A stretch of DNA of 64,000 nt, from assembly GCA_963610935.1 (NCBI GenBank), contig CAVDPT010000009.1, positions 2,597 to 66,596 of the forward strand, written 5' to 3'. Origin of the DNA: Bifidobacteriaceae bacterium (GTDB lineage: Bacteria > Bacillota > Clostridia > Christensenellales > Borkfalkiaceae). A model generated the notes under the pieces. It saw only the letters and a program-made list of their open reading frames with translations, did no database searches and was not told the DNA's origin. This document shows positions 20,459-28,669 of the stretch, piece by piece (within the stretch, counting starts at the first letter, position 1; each line of letters starts with the position of its first letter). The translations under genes were made by a program, and so were the position numbers.

Positions 20459-21355
20459 CTACGCCTGCGTTTCCGCGTTTATAAGTCTTAAAAATTCCTT
20501 TACCGCAAAGGTAAGCGTTTCGTTTTTAGGAAGGCACAGCCCTATCGCGCGAGTGGGGAGCGCGGGCGAGGTGATTATCTCCTTAAGACTGCCGCTCTCT
20601 ATCTCGTGCCTGACGAATTCTCTCGGTATGCACGCTATGCCTATTCCCGATTTTGCAAGCTCCGCCATAAGCTCCAAGGAAGCAAGCTCGATTTCGGGGT
20701 GAAGGTGAACGCCCTGCGAATGCGCAAAAGAGACGATTGCCTGCCGCGTGGCGGTCGAAAGTTCGAGCATTAAAAGCGGATAGTCCTGCAATCTTTTAAG
20801 GTCTATCGTCCCCTCGAAAAGTTCGGAAAATCTATCGCTCGCGACGAAGGTGTCGTGGAGTTGCATAACGGTAGACAGTAGGTTTACGTCCGAATCGTCT
20901 ATCGGAAGATTTACGAATCCTATATCGCCCTTTTTGTTTTTAAGTAGTTCTATCGTCTCGTTCGAAGTGCCGTTTTGCAAGACGAGGTTCACGTCCGGAT
21001 AAAGCTCGTGATATTTTTTTATGTGCGGAAGAAGAAAATGCGTGGCTACCGTGTCCGAAGCGCAAATTCGCACCACCCCCGTGGCAGTGTCCTTCAGCTC
21101 CGCGTATTTGCTTTCCACCTGCTCGAAAAGCTTTAACGCCTGTTCGACAAGCGGGAAAATCTGTTTTCCGCCCGTCTCCGACAGTTCCATTCCCTTGTGC
21201 GTGCGGTTAAAAAGCGTGCCGCCGAGCTGCGTCTCGAGCTGCTTTATCGCCTGCGAAACGGCGGGCTGGGATATATACAGTTCCTCCGCCGCCTTCGTTA
21301 AGCTCCCGCACTTCGCAACGGTGTAAAACGCCTTGTAAAGCTCTAAATTCGCCAT
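20459..21355 (-). CDS. LysR-family transcriptional regulator
   Basis: N-terminal wHTH (SLTKAAEELYISQPAVSQAIKQLE) plus a LysR substrate-binding domain. Confidence 0.85.
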   Translation of the reverse strand: MANLELYKAFYTVAKCGSLTKAAEELYISQPAVSQAIKQLETQLGGTLFNRTHKGMELSETGGKQIFPLVEQALKLFEQVESKYAELKDTATGVVRICASDTVATHFLLPHIKKYHELYPDVNLVLQNGTSNETIELLKNKKGDIGFVNLPIDDSDVNLLSTVMQLHDTFVASDRFSELFEGTIDLKRLQDYPLLMLELSTATRQAIVSFAHSQGVHLHPEIELASLELMAELAKSGIGIACIPREFVRHEIESGSLKEIITSPALPTRAIGLCLPKNETLTFAVKEFLRLINAETQA

Positions 21356-21365
21356 TTTTCCTCCT

Positions 21366-22697
21366 CTATTTCCCCACGCAGAAACGCGCGAATATATCCT
21401 CTATTATGTCCTCCGAAGCGGTTTTGCCCGTTATTTCGCCCAAGGCTTGCCACCCCGCGGTTATATCTATCGCAAGCACGTCGAGAGGCTCGGTTCCGAT
21501 TCCCCTTTTCGCCGACGAAAGACTTTCTTTCGCCCTGCGCAACGCCTCGTAGTGCCGCTCTTCGCACAAAAAATCGCCGCTTAAGTCCGTTTCCCCGACG
21601 GTGCGCTCGTATAAAAGCTTTTTAAGCTCCTCTATTCCCTCGCCCGTTTTTGCCGAAACGTATAAGTCCGCGCGCCCGTCCCTCATATCGCTTTCGTCCG
21701 TCTTGTTCACGACAAAAAGCGCGTTTTTATCCTTACAGAGAGAATAAACCTCCTCGTCCTCCGCGGTTATATCCCCCGCAGTGACGAGAAAGAGCAAAAT
21801 ATCGTTTTCGTTGACCGCTTTTTTGGAAAGCTCAACGCCGAAACCTTCTATTCCGTCCGCTTCTCTTATCCCCGCCGTGTCCGAAAGAAAAAATTTCACG
21901 CCGCCTATATCGAGCGAGCCTTCCACCACGTCGCGGGTAGTCCCCGCTATCCCCGAAACGATAGCCTTATTAAAGCCTAAAAGGGCGTTAAGGAGCGAGC
22001 TTTTGCCGACGTTGGGTTTTCCCACTATGCCGACCTTTACGCCGTTTTTAACGCGGCTTCCCGTCTTGAACGTCGAAAGGAGCGCGTCGATTTTTTCTAA
22101 CGCCGTATCGAGGGAGGCGGAGACCGCTTCTCTCGAAGTTTCTTCTAAGCCCTCTTCGGGGAAGTCCATGTCCGCGTCTATCTGCGAAAGGGCGGCGGTA
22201 AGCTTTTCCTGCATCTCGGTCACGTCTCTCGTAAGCTTTTCGCGGTATAAAGAATACCCCGCCTTGACGCACGCGATAGATTCCGCGTTTATCATATCTA
22301 TAAGCCCTTCGCTCGAAGCGAGAGAAAGTTTGCCGTTCATAAACGCTCTGCGGGTAAACTCGCCGTTTTTTGCGAGCCTTGCGCCCGAAGAGAGTATTTT
22401 TTTCAATATTCCGCGGGAAATCGCCACGCCGCCGTGCGAATGAAATTCCACCGTGTCCTCGCCCGTAAAGCTTTTGGGAGCTTTAAAGTACACGCACAGC
22501 CCGAAGTCCTTAAACTCGCCCGCGTCTATCTCCCCCGCATACATAAAATTCGGGATAAACTCTTTGACGGGGGTTTTGCCGACGGGGCGGAAAAGCTTTT
22601 CCGCAACCGAAAGGGGACTGTCGCCGCTTATTCTTATCACCGCGACGCCCGCCGCGCCCGCCGCCGTGGATATTGCGGCTATGTTATCGTTCTTCAT
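21366..22697 (-). CDS. mnmE: tRNA modification GTPase MnmE
   Basis: N-terminal THF-binding domain, G domain GKPNVGKSS/DTAG/NKTD, and the C-terminal CVGK motif. Confidence 0.92.
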   Translation of the reverse strand: MKNDNIAAISTAAGAAGVAVIRISGDSPLSVAEKLFRPVGKTPVKEFIPNFMYAGEIDAGEFKDFGLCVYFKAPKSFTGEDTVEFHSHGGVAISRGILKKILSSGARLAKNGEFTRRAFMNGKLSLASSEGLIDMINAESIACVKAGYSLYREKLTRDVTEMQEKLTAALSQIDADMDFPEEGLEETSREAVSASLDTALEKIDALLSTFKTGSRVKNGVKVGIVGKPNVGKSSLLNALLGFNKAIVSGIAGTTRDVVEGSLDIGGVKFFLSDTAGIREADGIEGFGVELSKKAVNENDILLFLVTAGDITAEDEEVYSLCKDKNALFVVNKTDESDMRDGRADLYVSAKTGEGIEELKKLLYERTVGETDLSGDFLCEERHYEALRRAKESLSSAKRGIGTEPLDVLAIDITAGWQALGEITGKTASEDIIEDIFARFCVGK

Positions 22698-22755
22698 TTA
22701 ATAAATTTTTCCCAAAAACCACGAAAAACCGCGCCCGTCTTAAACAAACTCCGCG

Positions 22756-23640
22756 CTATTTTTCGTCCTTGTTATCGTCTTTTTTATCGTCCGAAAACTC
22801 CGAGAACGGATCCCCGGGGTCTACTTCGCCGCGCTCGGCGAAATCCTTAAAGGGCGTTTCGGGCGGCTTCTCGTAATTTCCGCCGTTCCCGCCGCCGTAG
22901 CCGTACCCGTTATAACCGCCGTTGCCGTTCCTGTAATACGGGTTGGAATACGGACCGTAAACGTTGCCGTAGCGCGAGCGAAGATAGTCCGCGTATTTTA
23001 TCTCTTTTTTGTTCCTTATGACGAACACGAACACGCCGAACAGCCCGAAAACGGACAGTACCGAGGCGAGTATATAATGCTGCGGCCAGTAGTTCCTGAA
23101 AAGGCTTATATACATAAACACCGTCACGAGCGCGGTGAAAAGGCTCGTAAAATAAGAAATAATACGGAAAACGTCATAAACGGGCGAAGTATACAACGTA
23201 AAAAATGCGGTGCCTTTCGTTATCTCTCTTTGTATTTGATCCATTTTATAGGCGTCGTCGATAATTAGGGGCAATTTCCCGCCTTGAAGCACATACATCA
23301 ATCTCGGATACCATAAAACAAATTCGCAAAAAGCCGACATCGCCTCACCGACGGCGAAAACAATCGTCACCCACAGCGCGAGTTTCCTAAATTTCACGCC
23401 GAACATTCTCGACTCCCCGATAAGGCGACAGGCGCAGTACAGCCACGCGCACGGCACGAAAGAGAGCCAAGCGAATTTATATCCTTTCCTTTTAGAAAGG
23501 GTAAAAACGCCGATAGAACGCAAAGCGTAAAAGGTCAGCACCACCGCAAGCGTTATCGCCGCAACAATACATACCTCCGCTTTGCCCATTTCGATAAGTT
23601 GATAACTAACGCCGCCTATCTCTTTTCCGATAATTAACAT
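22756..23640 (-). CDS. Hypothetical multi-pass membrane protein with a Gly/Tyr/Asn-rich, then acidic, C-terminal tail
   Basis: Long ORF with several hydrophobic helices. The tail reads YGPYSNPYYRNGNGGYNGYGYGGGNGGNY...DDKKDDNKDEK. I did not recognise any family. Confidence 0.55.
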   Translation of the reverse strand: MLIIGKEIGGVSYQLIEMGKAEVCIVAAITLAVVLTFYALRSIGVFTLSKRKGYKFAWLSFVPCAWLYCACRLIGESRMFGVKFRKLALWVTIVFAVGEAMSAFCEFVLWYPRLMYVLQGGKLPLIIDDAYKMDQIQREITKGTAFFTLYTSPVYDVFRIISYFTSLFTALVTVFMYISLFRNYWPQHYILASVLSVFGLFGVFVFVIRNKKEIKYADYLRSRYGNVYGPYSNPYYRNGNGGYNGYGYGGGNGGNYEKPPETPFKDFAERGEVDPGDPFSEFSDDKKDDNKDEK

Positions 23641-23731
23641 CTATTCGTAATCTTCTCCGAAAAAAATTTCCCTCTCTCTCAACGGCGCGCTGCCTAAAAG
23701 CGGAAGCGCAAGCCTTTTTCTTCGTTTAATC

Positions 23732-25162
23732 TTAATACGCTCTCGCGAAAATGACGTTATGCTTTGCGGGTTTTCCGCAGACGGCGCAACGCTCGGGAAC
23801 GCCCTCTTCGTCGCACATGACCCTTGCGGTCGCGGAAGCGAATTCCTTTACCTTATCCTCGCATTCGCGGCAGCCGCACCAGCCCGCCTTTACGAAATTC
23901 TGCCCTTCTACGCCGTCTAATATTCCTTGAAGGGTATCCGCGTGGACGACCTTTTTGTCTCTTCTCACTCTCGAAGCTTCCAGCATATCTTTCTGAACGG
24001 TATCGAGGAGCTTCGTTACGGTTTCCGCAAGGCTTTCGAGAGAAACGGTACTCTTTTCGAGGGTATCTCTTCTCATAACGACGGCGTGTCCCGCTTCTAT
24101 GTCTCTCGGACCTATCTCTATACGCACGGGAACGCCCTTCATTTCCCATTCGTTGAACTTCCAGCCGGGGCTCATCTCGCGAAGGTCGGTTTTTACCCTC
24201 ACTCCCGCGGCTTTGAGCGCGCTCTCTGTTTCCCGCGCCTTTTCTATGACGCCGCCCTTATGCGCCGCAACGGGGATGATAACCGCCTGCACGGGAGCGA
24301 CTTTCGGCGGTAGGACAAGACCTCTTTGGTCGCCGTGCGCCATTATTATCGCGCCTATCAGGCGGGTAGAAGAACCCCAGCTCGTGGTATAGCCGTATTT
24401 GAGCTTCCCGTCTTTGTCTAAATATTTTATGTCGAACGCCTTGGAAAAATTCTGCCCTAAATAATGCGAAGTCCCCGCCTGCAAACTCTTTCCGTCGAGC
24501 ATCATGGCTTCCATACCGAAGGTTGCCACCGCGCCCGCGAATTTCTCCTTTTCGGTTTTTCTGCCCGTAAATACGGGGATGGCGAGCGTTTCCTCGGCAA
24601 ACGTCTTATAAACGTCGAGCATTCTCATCGTTTCTTCCATCGCTTCTTCTTCTGTCGCGTGGACGGTATGCCCTTCCTGCCACAAAAACTCGCTCGTGCG
24701 GAGGAACGGACGGGTGGTCTTTTCCCAACGCATAACGTTGCACCACTGGTTCATCATAACGGGTAAGTCCCTGTAAGACTGTATCCATTTAGAGTACATC
24801 GTTCCGATTATCGTTTCGCTGGTAGGACGGATTGCGAGCGGCTCTTCGAGCTTTGCTCCTCCCGCGTGGGTAACTACCGCGACTTCGGGCGCGAAGCCTT
24901 CGACGTGTTCCGCCTCTTTCGTGAAAAAACTCATCGGGATAAGTAAAGGAAAATACGCGTCCTCCGCGCCCGTTTCCTTAAACCTTCTGTCCATATCCTT
25001 CCGGATATTTTCCCAAATCGCGTAGCCGTAAGGTCTTATTACCATAGTGCCCTTGACGGGACCGTAGTCTACGAGCTCGGTCTTTAACACCACGTCGGTG
25101 AACCACTGCGTAAAATTAGTCTCTATATCCGCTATTTCTTTTACGAACTTCTTGTCTTCCAT
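23732..25162 (-). CDS. proS: Proline--tRNA ligase (archaeal/eukaryote-like type, no editing insertion)
   Basis: Class II aaRS motifs. The ~476-aa architecture ends in a Zn-binding C-terminal domain ending ...ARAY. Confidence 0.9.
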   Translation of the reverse strand: MEDKKFVKEIADIETNFTQWFTDVVLKTELVDYGPVKGTMVIRPYGYAIWENIRKDMDRRFKETGAEDAYFPLLIPMSFFTKEAEHVEGFAPEVAVVTHAGGAKLEEPLAIRPTSETIIGTMYSKWIQSYRDLPVMMNQWCNVMRWEKTTRPFLRTSEFLWQEGHTVHATEEEAMEETMRMLDVYKTFAEETLAIPVFTGRKTEKEKFAGAVATFGMEAMMLDGKSLQAGTSHYLGQNFSKAFDIKYLDKDGKLKYGYTTSWGSSTRLIGAIIMAHGDQRGLVLPPKVAPVQAVIIPVAAHKGGVIEKARETESALKAAGVRVKTDLREMSPGWKFNEWEMKGVPVRIEIGPRDIEAGHAVVMRRDTLEKSTVSLESLAETVTKLLDTVQKDMLEASRVRRDKKVVHADTLQGILDGVEGQNFVKAGWCGCRECEDKVKEFASATARVMCDEEGVPERCAVCGKPAKHNVIFARAY

Positions 25163-25298
25163 GCTTTCTCCGTTTTTCTCCGTAAAAATCGTCTCTTTTC
25201 TTTATAACGCTTTGCTTCGTCACCTTATAATTAAACCACAGGCGGGGGTTTATGTCAAGTTTTTTATAATATTTTAACCGAAAAGCCTTAAAAAAGGC

Positions 25299-25327
25299 TT
25301 GAAAATCCCGACGATTTACTATATAAT
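25299..25327 (+). promoter_or_regulatory. Sigma-A-type promoter for tkt
   Basis: TTGAAA-17 nt-TATAAT. Confidence 0.45.
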
Positions 25328-25392
25328 ATAACCAATATACAAGGGCGGCGGGAAAAACGGTTTTTCTTACGCGCCCGATTTCGGAGGATTAT

Positions 25393-27363
25393 ATGGAAAT
25401 CAAACAACTTACGGTCAACGCGATAAGGGTTTTATCTGCGGAAGCTATCGAAAAGGCAAAATCCGGTCACCCCGGCATGCCCCTCGGCGCTGCGCCTATC
25501 GGCTACGCGGCTTTCACGAATATGGTTTTTAACCCCAAAGACGCCGCTTTCGACAACCGCGACAGATTCGTTCTCTCCGCAGGTCACGCTTCTATGCTCG
25601 ACTATTCTTTATACTATCTTTTCGGCTTCGGTCTTAAAAAAGAAGATATTATGAATTTCCGTCAGCTCGGCTCGCGCACCGCGGGACACCCCGAATATCG
25701 CGTCTGCCCGGGGGTAGAGACGAGCACGGGTCCGCTCGGACAGGGTATCGCCAACGCCGTCGGTATGGCTATCGCGGAAAACTATCTCGCGAATAAATTC
25801 AACAAAGAAGGCTTCCCCGTCGTGGACCACTACACCTATGCGGTTTGCGGCGACGGCTGTATGCAGGAAGGTATCGAAAACGAAGCCGCTTCCCTTGCGG
25901 GCTCTCTTAAACTCGGCAAGCTTATCGTTTTCTACGACGACAACGATATTACCATAGAGGGCAGCACCGACATAACCTTTACCGAGGACGTGGGCAAACG
26001 CCACGAGGCTATGGGCTGGCAGGTCATAAAGGTTAAAGACGCAAACGATCTCGCCGCGCTTAACCGCGCGATAAAGAAAGCGAAAGCGGAAACCGAAAAA
26101 CCGTCGCTTATCATAGTAAAATCGGTCATCGGCTACGGCTCGCCGCTCGCGGGCAAGGCAAGCTGCCACGGTTCGCCGCTCGGAGAAGAAAACCTTGCCG
26201 CGTTAAAGAAAGAGCTTAATTGGGATTACGCGCCCTTCGAAGTTCCCGAAGAAGTGTTCAAGCACTGCAAAAAATTCGCGAACAAAGGCAGAAAAGCGGA
26301 AAGAGCGTGGAAGGCTATGTTCGCCGAATACGAAAAGGCTTATCCCGAACTCGCGAAAGAGTACGTTTCTTGGAAAAAACGCGAGCTTCCCGACCTTAAA
26401 AATATCGACGAGCTTTGGCAATTCGAGAAAGACGACGCTTCGAGAGGTTACAGCGCGACCGTTCTCAACAAGCTCGCGAAATATATTCCGAATCTTATCG
26501 GCGGCAGCGCAGACCTCGCGCCCGCAAATAAATCCAACATAAAGGAACGCGGCAGCTATTCGGCAACCGACAGAAGCGGCTCTAATATGCACTTCGGTAT
26601 CCGCGAACACGCTATGGCGGCAATCGTCAACGGTATGTATCTCCACGGCGGACTTATCCCCTACTGCGCGACTTTCGCGGTGTTCTCCGATTATATGAAG
26701 AACGCCATGCGTATGTCGGCGATTATGGAGCTTCCCGTAGTGTATATTTTAACGCACGATTCGATAGGCGTCGGAGAAGACGGACCTACCCATCAGCCGA
26801 TAGAACACCTTGCGGGACTTCGCGCAATGCCCGATATGAAAGTTTATCGCCCAGCGGACGGCAGAGAAACGACCGCCGCGTGGATAGCCGCGCTCACCGG
26901 AAAACACCCCTCCGCGCTCTTTCTGTCCCGTCAGACTCTCCCGATGCTCGAAGGTACGGGCAAAGAAGCGTTCAAGGGCGGATATATACTTTCTGACAGC
27001 GACAAAAAGACTCCCGACGTCATACTTCTCGCGACGGGCAGCGAAGTGTCGCTCGCGGTCAAGGCGAAAGCGGCTCTTAAAAACGAAGGTATCGACGCGA
27101 GGGTAGTGTCTATGCCCTGTATGGAAGATTTCGAAGCGCAGAGCGAGAAATATAAAAAGAGCGTTCTCCCCGACGGCGTGAGAGCGAGAGTTGCCGTCGA
27201 AGCGGGTTCGCCGCTCGGCTGGTACAAATACGTCGGGCTCGACGGCAAGGTCGTGGGAATGAATTCGTTCGGCGCGTCCGCGCCTGCGGGTAAACTTTTC
27301 GAAAAGTTCGGCTTTACGGTGGAAAACGTAGTCGCCGCCGCCAAAGAGGTTCTCAAAAAATAA
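25393..27363 (+). CDS. tkt: Transketolase
   Basis: Full-length, with the ThDP motif GDGCMQEG...N and colinear pyrimidine-binding and C-terminal domains. Confidence 0.95.
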   Translation: MEIKQLTVNAIRVLSAEAIEKAKSGHPGMPLGAAPIGYAAFTNMVFNPKDAAFDNRDRFVLSAGHASMLDYSLYYLFGFGLKKEDIMNFRQLGSRTAGHPEYRVCPGVETSTGPLGQGIANAVGMAIAENYLANKFNKEGFPVVDHYTYAVCGDGCMQEGIENEAASLAGSLKLGKLIVFYDDNDITIEGSTDITFTEDVGKRHEAMGWQVIKVKDANDLAALNRAIKKAKAETEKPSLIIVKSVIGYGSPLAGKASCHGSPLGEENLAALKKELNWDYAPFEVPEEVFKHCKKFANKGRKAERAWKAMFAEYEKAYPELAKEYVSWKKRELPDLKNIDELWQFEKDDASRGYSATVLNKLAKYIPNLIGGSADLAPANKSNIKERGSYSATDRSGSNMHFGIREHAMAAIVNGMYLHGGLIPYCATFAVFSDYMKNAMRMSAIMELPVVYILTHDSIGVGEDGPTHQPIEHLAGLRAMPDMKVYRPADGRETTAAWIAALTGKHPSALFLSRQTLPMLEGTGKEAFKGGYILSDSDKKTPDVILLATGSEVSLAVKAKAALKNEGIDARVVSMPCMEDFEAQSEKYKKSVLPDGVRARVAVEAGSPLGWYKYVGLDGKVVGMNSFGASAPAGKLFEKFGFTVENVVAAAKEVLKK

Positions 27364-27380
27364 TTCTACGAACAAAAAAT

Positions 27381-27424
27381 TCACCCCTCCCGTTTGAAAA
27401 CGAGAGGGGTGATTTCTTTCTCTT
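27381..27424 (+). terminator. Intrinsic terminator after tkt
   Basis: tcacccctc...gaggggtga hairpin followed by a T-rich run. Confidence 0.6.
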
Positions 27425-27442
27425 TTGCACTGTTTTATCCTA

Positions 27443-28300
27443 CTACTCGTCGGGCTGCTCGTAATAGTAAGAATAATCTATTCCTTTCATAAAGACTTCT
27501 CTATTATCCACCGCCGTGGTCAGCGCGCCGCTAATCAGCTCGTAAATAAACGTCTGATCCGTCGGACTTTTTTTCATTGCAAAAAGGTAATCCTTTTTAT
27601 CTATTCTGCTCCAGTCCGTACATTTTTTAAGATTCTTTTTCAGAATTAAGTCAAGCCATATCCTCGTGCTTCGTCCGTTGCCCTCCATAAACGGATGCGC
27701 GACGTTCATTTCGACGTACTTGCCGACTATCTTTTCCAAGGTATTCTCGGGCATCTTTTCGATTAACAGCAGATTGTCCCAAAGAAACATCGCCGGTACA
27801 AAAGCAAAACCGCCTTTTGCAATATTTACCGAACGAATCTGCCCCGCGAAGTCGTATAATCCGCCGAATATATAGGAATGTATTTGCCGAAGCCCCTTAA
27901 CCGTTCCGACCTCTATTTCGTTAATCAGCCCCGATTCAAACAGCTCGTAAGCCTTTTGCTTGCTTTTTTCATCTATTGAGTTCCCCGCACCCTTAAGCCA
28001 CCTTTCAAACGTCTCGGTCTTCTTGCTCGGAACGAGCGCGATAACTGCGTTTATTCCGCTTTCGTCCACAACGTCGGTTAAATATTTTTTCCCGTCCGAG
28101 GCGGATAATTTCAGTTGTCGACAAATTGTCGACAACTGAGGCTTACGGCGTTTTATTGCGTTCCAATACGAGCGCGGATTTTTGCTTTTCGTCAACGCTT
28201 CGGCAATATCTGCGGCGCAAAACCACCATTTAGCGGTTTCGTTATCCCACACGGCGCGCACGGGAACGTTTTCAAAAAAGCGGATGGAGGTTTTTATCAT
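27443..28300 (-). CDS. Bro-N domain fused to a class-III (NmFic-like) Fic AMP-transferase domain
   Basis: aa 1-105 are Bro-N-like ([11 protein letters not shown]...[12 protein letters not shown]...DGKKYLTDV...ETFERWL). aa ~115-285 carry the Fic motif [12 protein letters not shown] and a C-terminal SYYYEQ inhibitory-helix-like motif. Confidence 0.85.
   Translation of the reverse strand: MIKTSIRFFENVPVRAVWDNETAKWWFCAADIAEALTKSKNPRSYWNAIKRRKPQLSTICRQLKLSASDGKKYLTDVVDESGINAVIALVPSKKTETFERWLKGAGNSIDEKSKQKAYELFESGLINEIEVGTVKGLRQIHSYIFGGLYDFAGQIRSVNIAKGGFAFVPAMFLWDNLLLIEKMPENTLEKIVGKYVEMNVAHPFMEGNGRSTRIWLDLILKKNLKKCTDWSRIDKKDYLFAMKKSPTDQTFIYELISGALTTAVDNREVFMKGIDYSYYYEQPDE
28112..28138. repeat. Perfect 27-bp palindrome inside the Fic-fusion CDS (two copies of TTGTCGACAA)
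   Basis: cagTTGTCGACAAaTTGTCGACAActg has 13-bp arms around a single central base and encodes QLSTICRQL. Confidence 0.95.
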
Positions 28301-28306
28301 ATTTCA

Positions 28307-28335
28307 ATTATATTCCAAACGACGAAGAAAGGCAA
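28307..28335 (-). promoter_or_regulatory. Candidate promoter for the Fic fusion (leaderless-type spacing)
   Basis: The minus strand reads TTGCCT-17 nt-TATAAT, then 6 nt, then ATG. There is no SD. Confidence 0.35.
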
Positions 28336-28394
28336 GAAAATATCCGTTTTTTCCCTCGTCACGAAAATTTTTTCGTCCGCGTATTATAATATTG

Positions 28395-28423
28395 TTGACA
28401 CTTTGATAATTACGGAGTAAAAT
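28395..28423 (+). promoter_or_regulatory. Sigma-A-type promoter for the M-box/mgtE transcript
   Basis: TTGACA-17 nt-TAAAAT. Confidence 0.5.
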
Positions 28424-28444
28424 TAAGATACAAAAAGAATAAAT

Positions 28445-28600
28445 CTCCGGTAGGTAAGGCTACCGCAGGGATACGGGTTGCTGCCGCGAAGTAGTGGAGA
28501 CACTATGAGAAGGTAAACAGACTGCGTCGAACACAAGGCGCAATTTAACGCAATTTCACCGCCCTGCGGAGTTAAAGCCAGAATGGTTGCTTGCGCTCTT
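28445..28600 (+). promoter_or_regulatory. M-box (ykoK leader) Mg2+ riboswitch aptamer
   Basis: GGTAGGTAAGGCT...GGGATACGGGTTGCTGCCGC...GGTAAACAG...CACAAGG...GAGTTAAAGCC is colinear with the B. subtilis mgtE M-box conserved blocks, and it lies upstream of mgtE. Confidence 0.85.
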
Positions 28601-28625
28601 CTATTTTGAGTACAGTATTTTTCGC

Positions 28626-28650
28626 CCGCCGGTTTTCGGCGGTTTTTTTT
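28626..28650 (+). terminator. Expression-platform terminator of the M-box
   Basis: ccgccg/cggcgg stem followed by T8, 20 nt before the mgtE SD. Confidence 0.7.
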
Positions 28651-28669
28651 ACCGGAAAAGGAGAGTATT

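Noticed and set aside
25163-25392. A possible T-box leader upstream of proS.
   Set aside because: The proS promoter candidate leaves only an ~80-nt leader. I found no T-box consensus (AGGGUGGUACCGCG-like) or specifier/antiterminator architecture on the minus strand.
27425-28420. A type II toxin-antitoxin arrangement for the Fic gene, with a small adjacent antitoxin.
   Set aside because: The only neighbouring small ORFs (27425-27649, 28115-28420, 28182-28406) are antisense to the Fic gene itself. The Fic domain carries its own C-terminal inhibitory-helix motif, so it is class III and no partner is expected.
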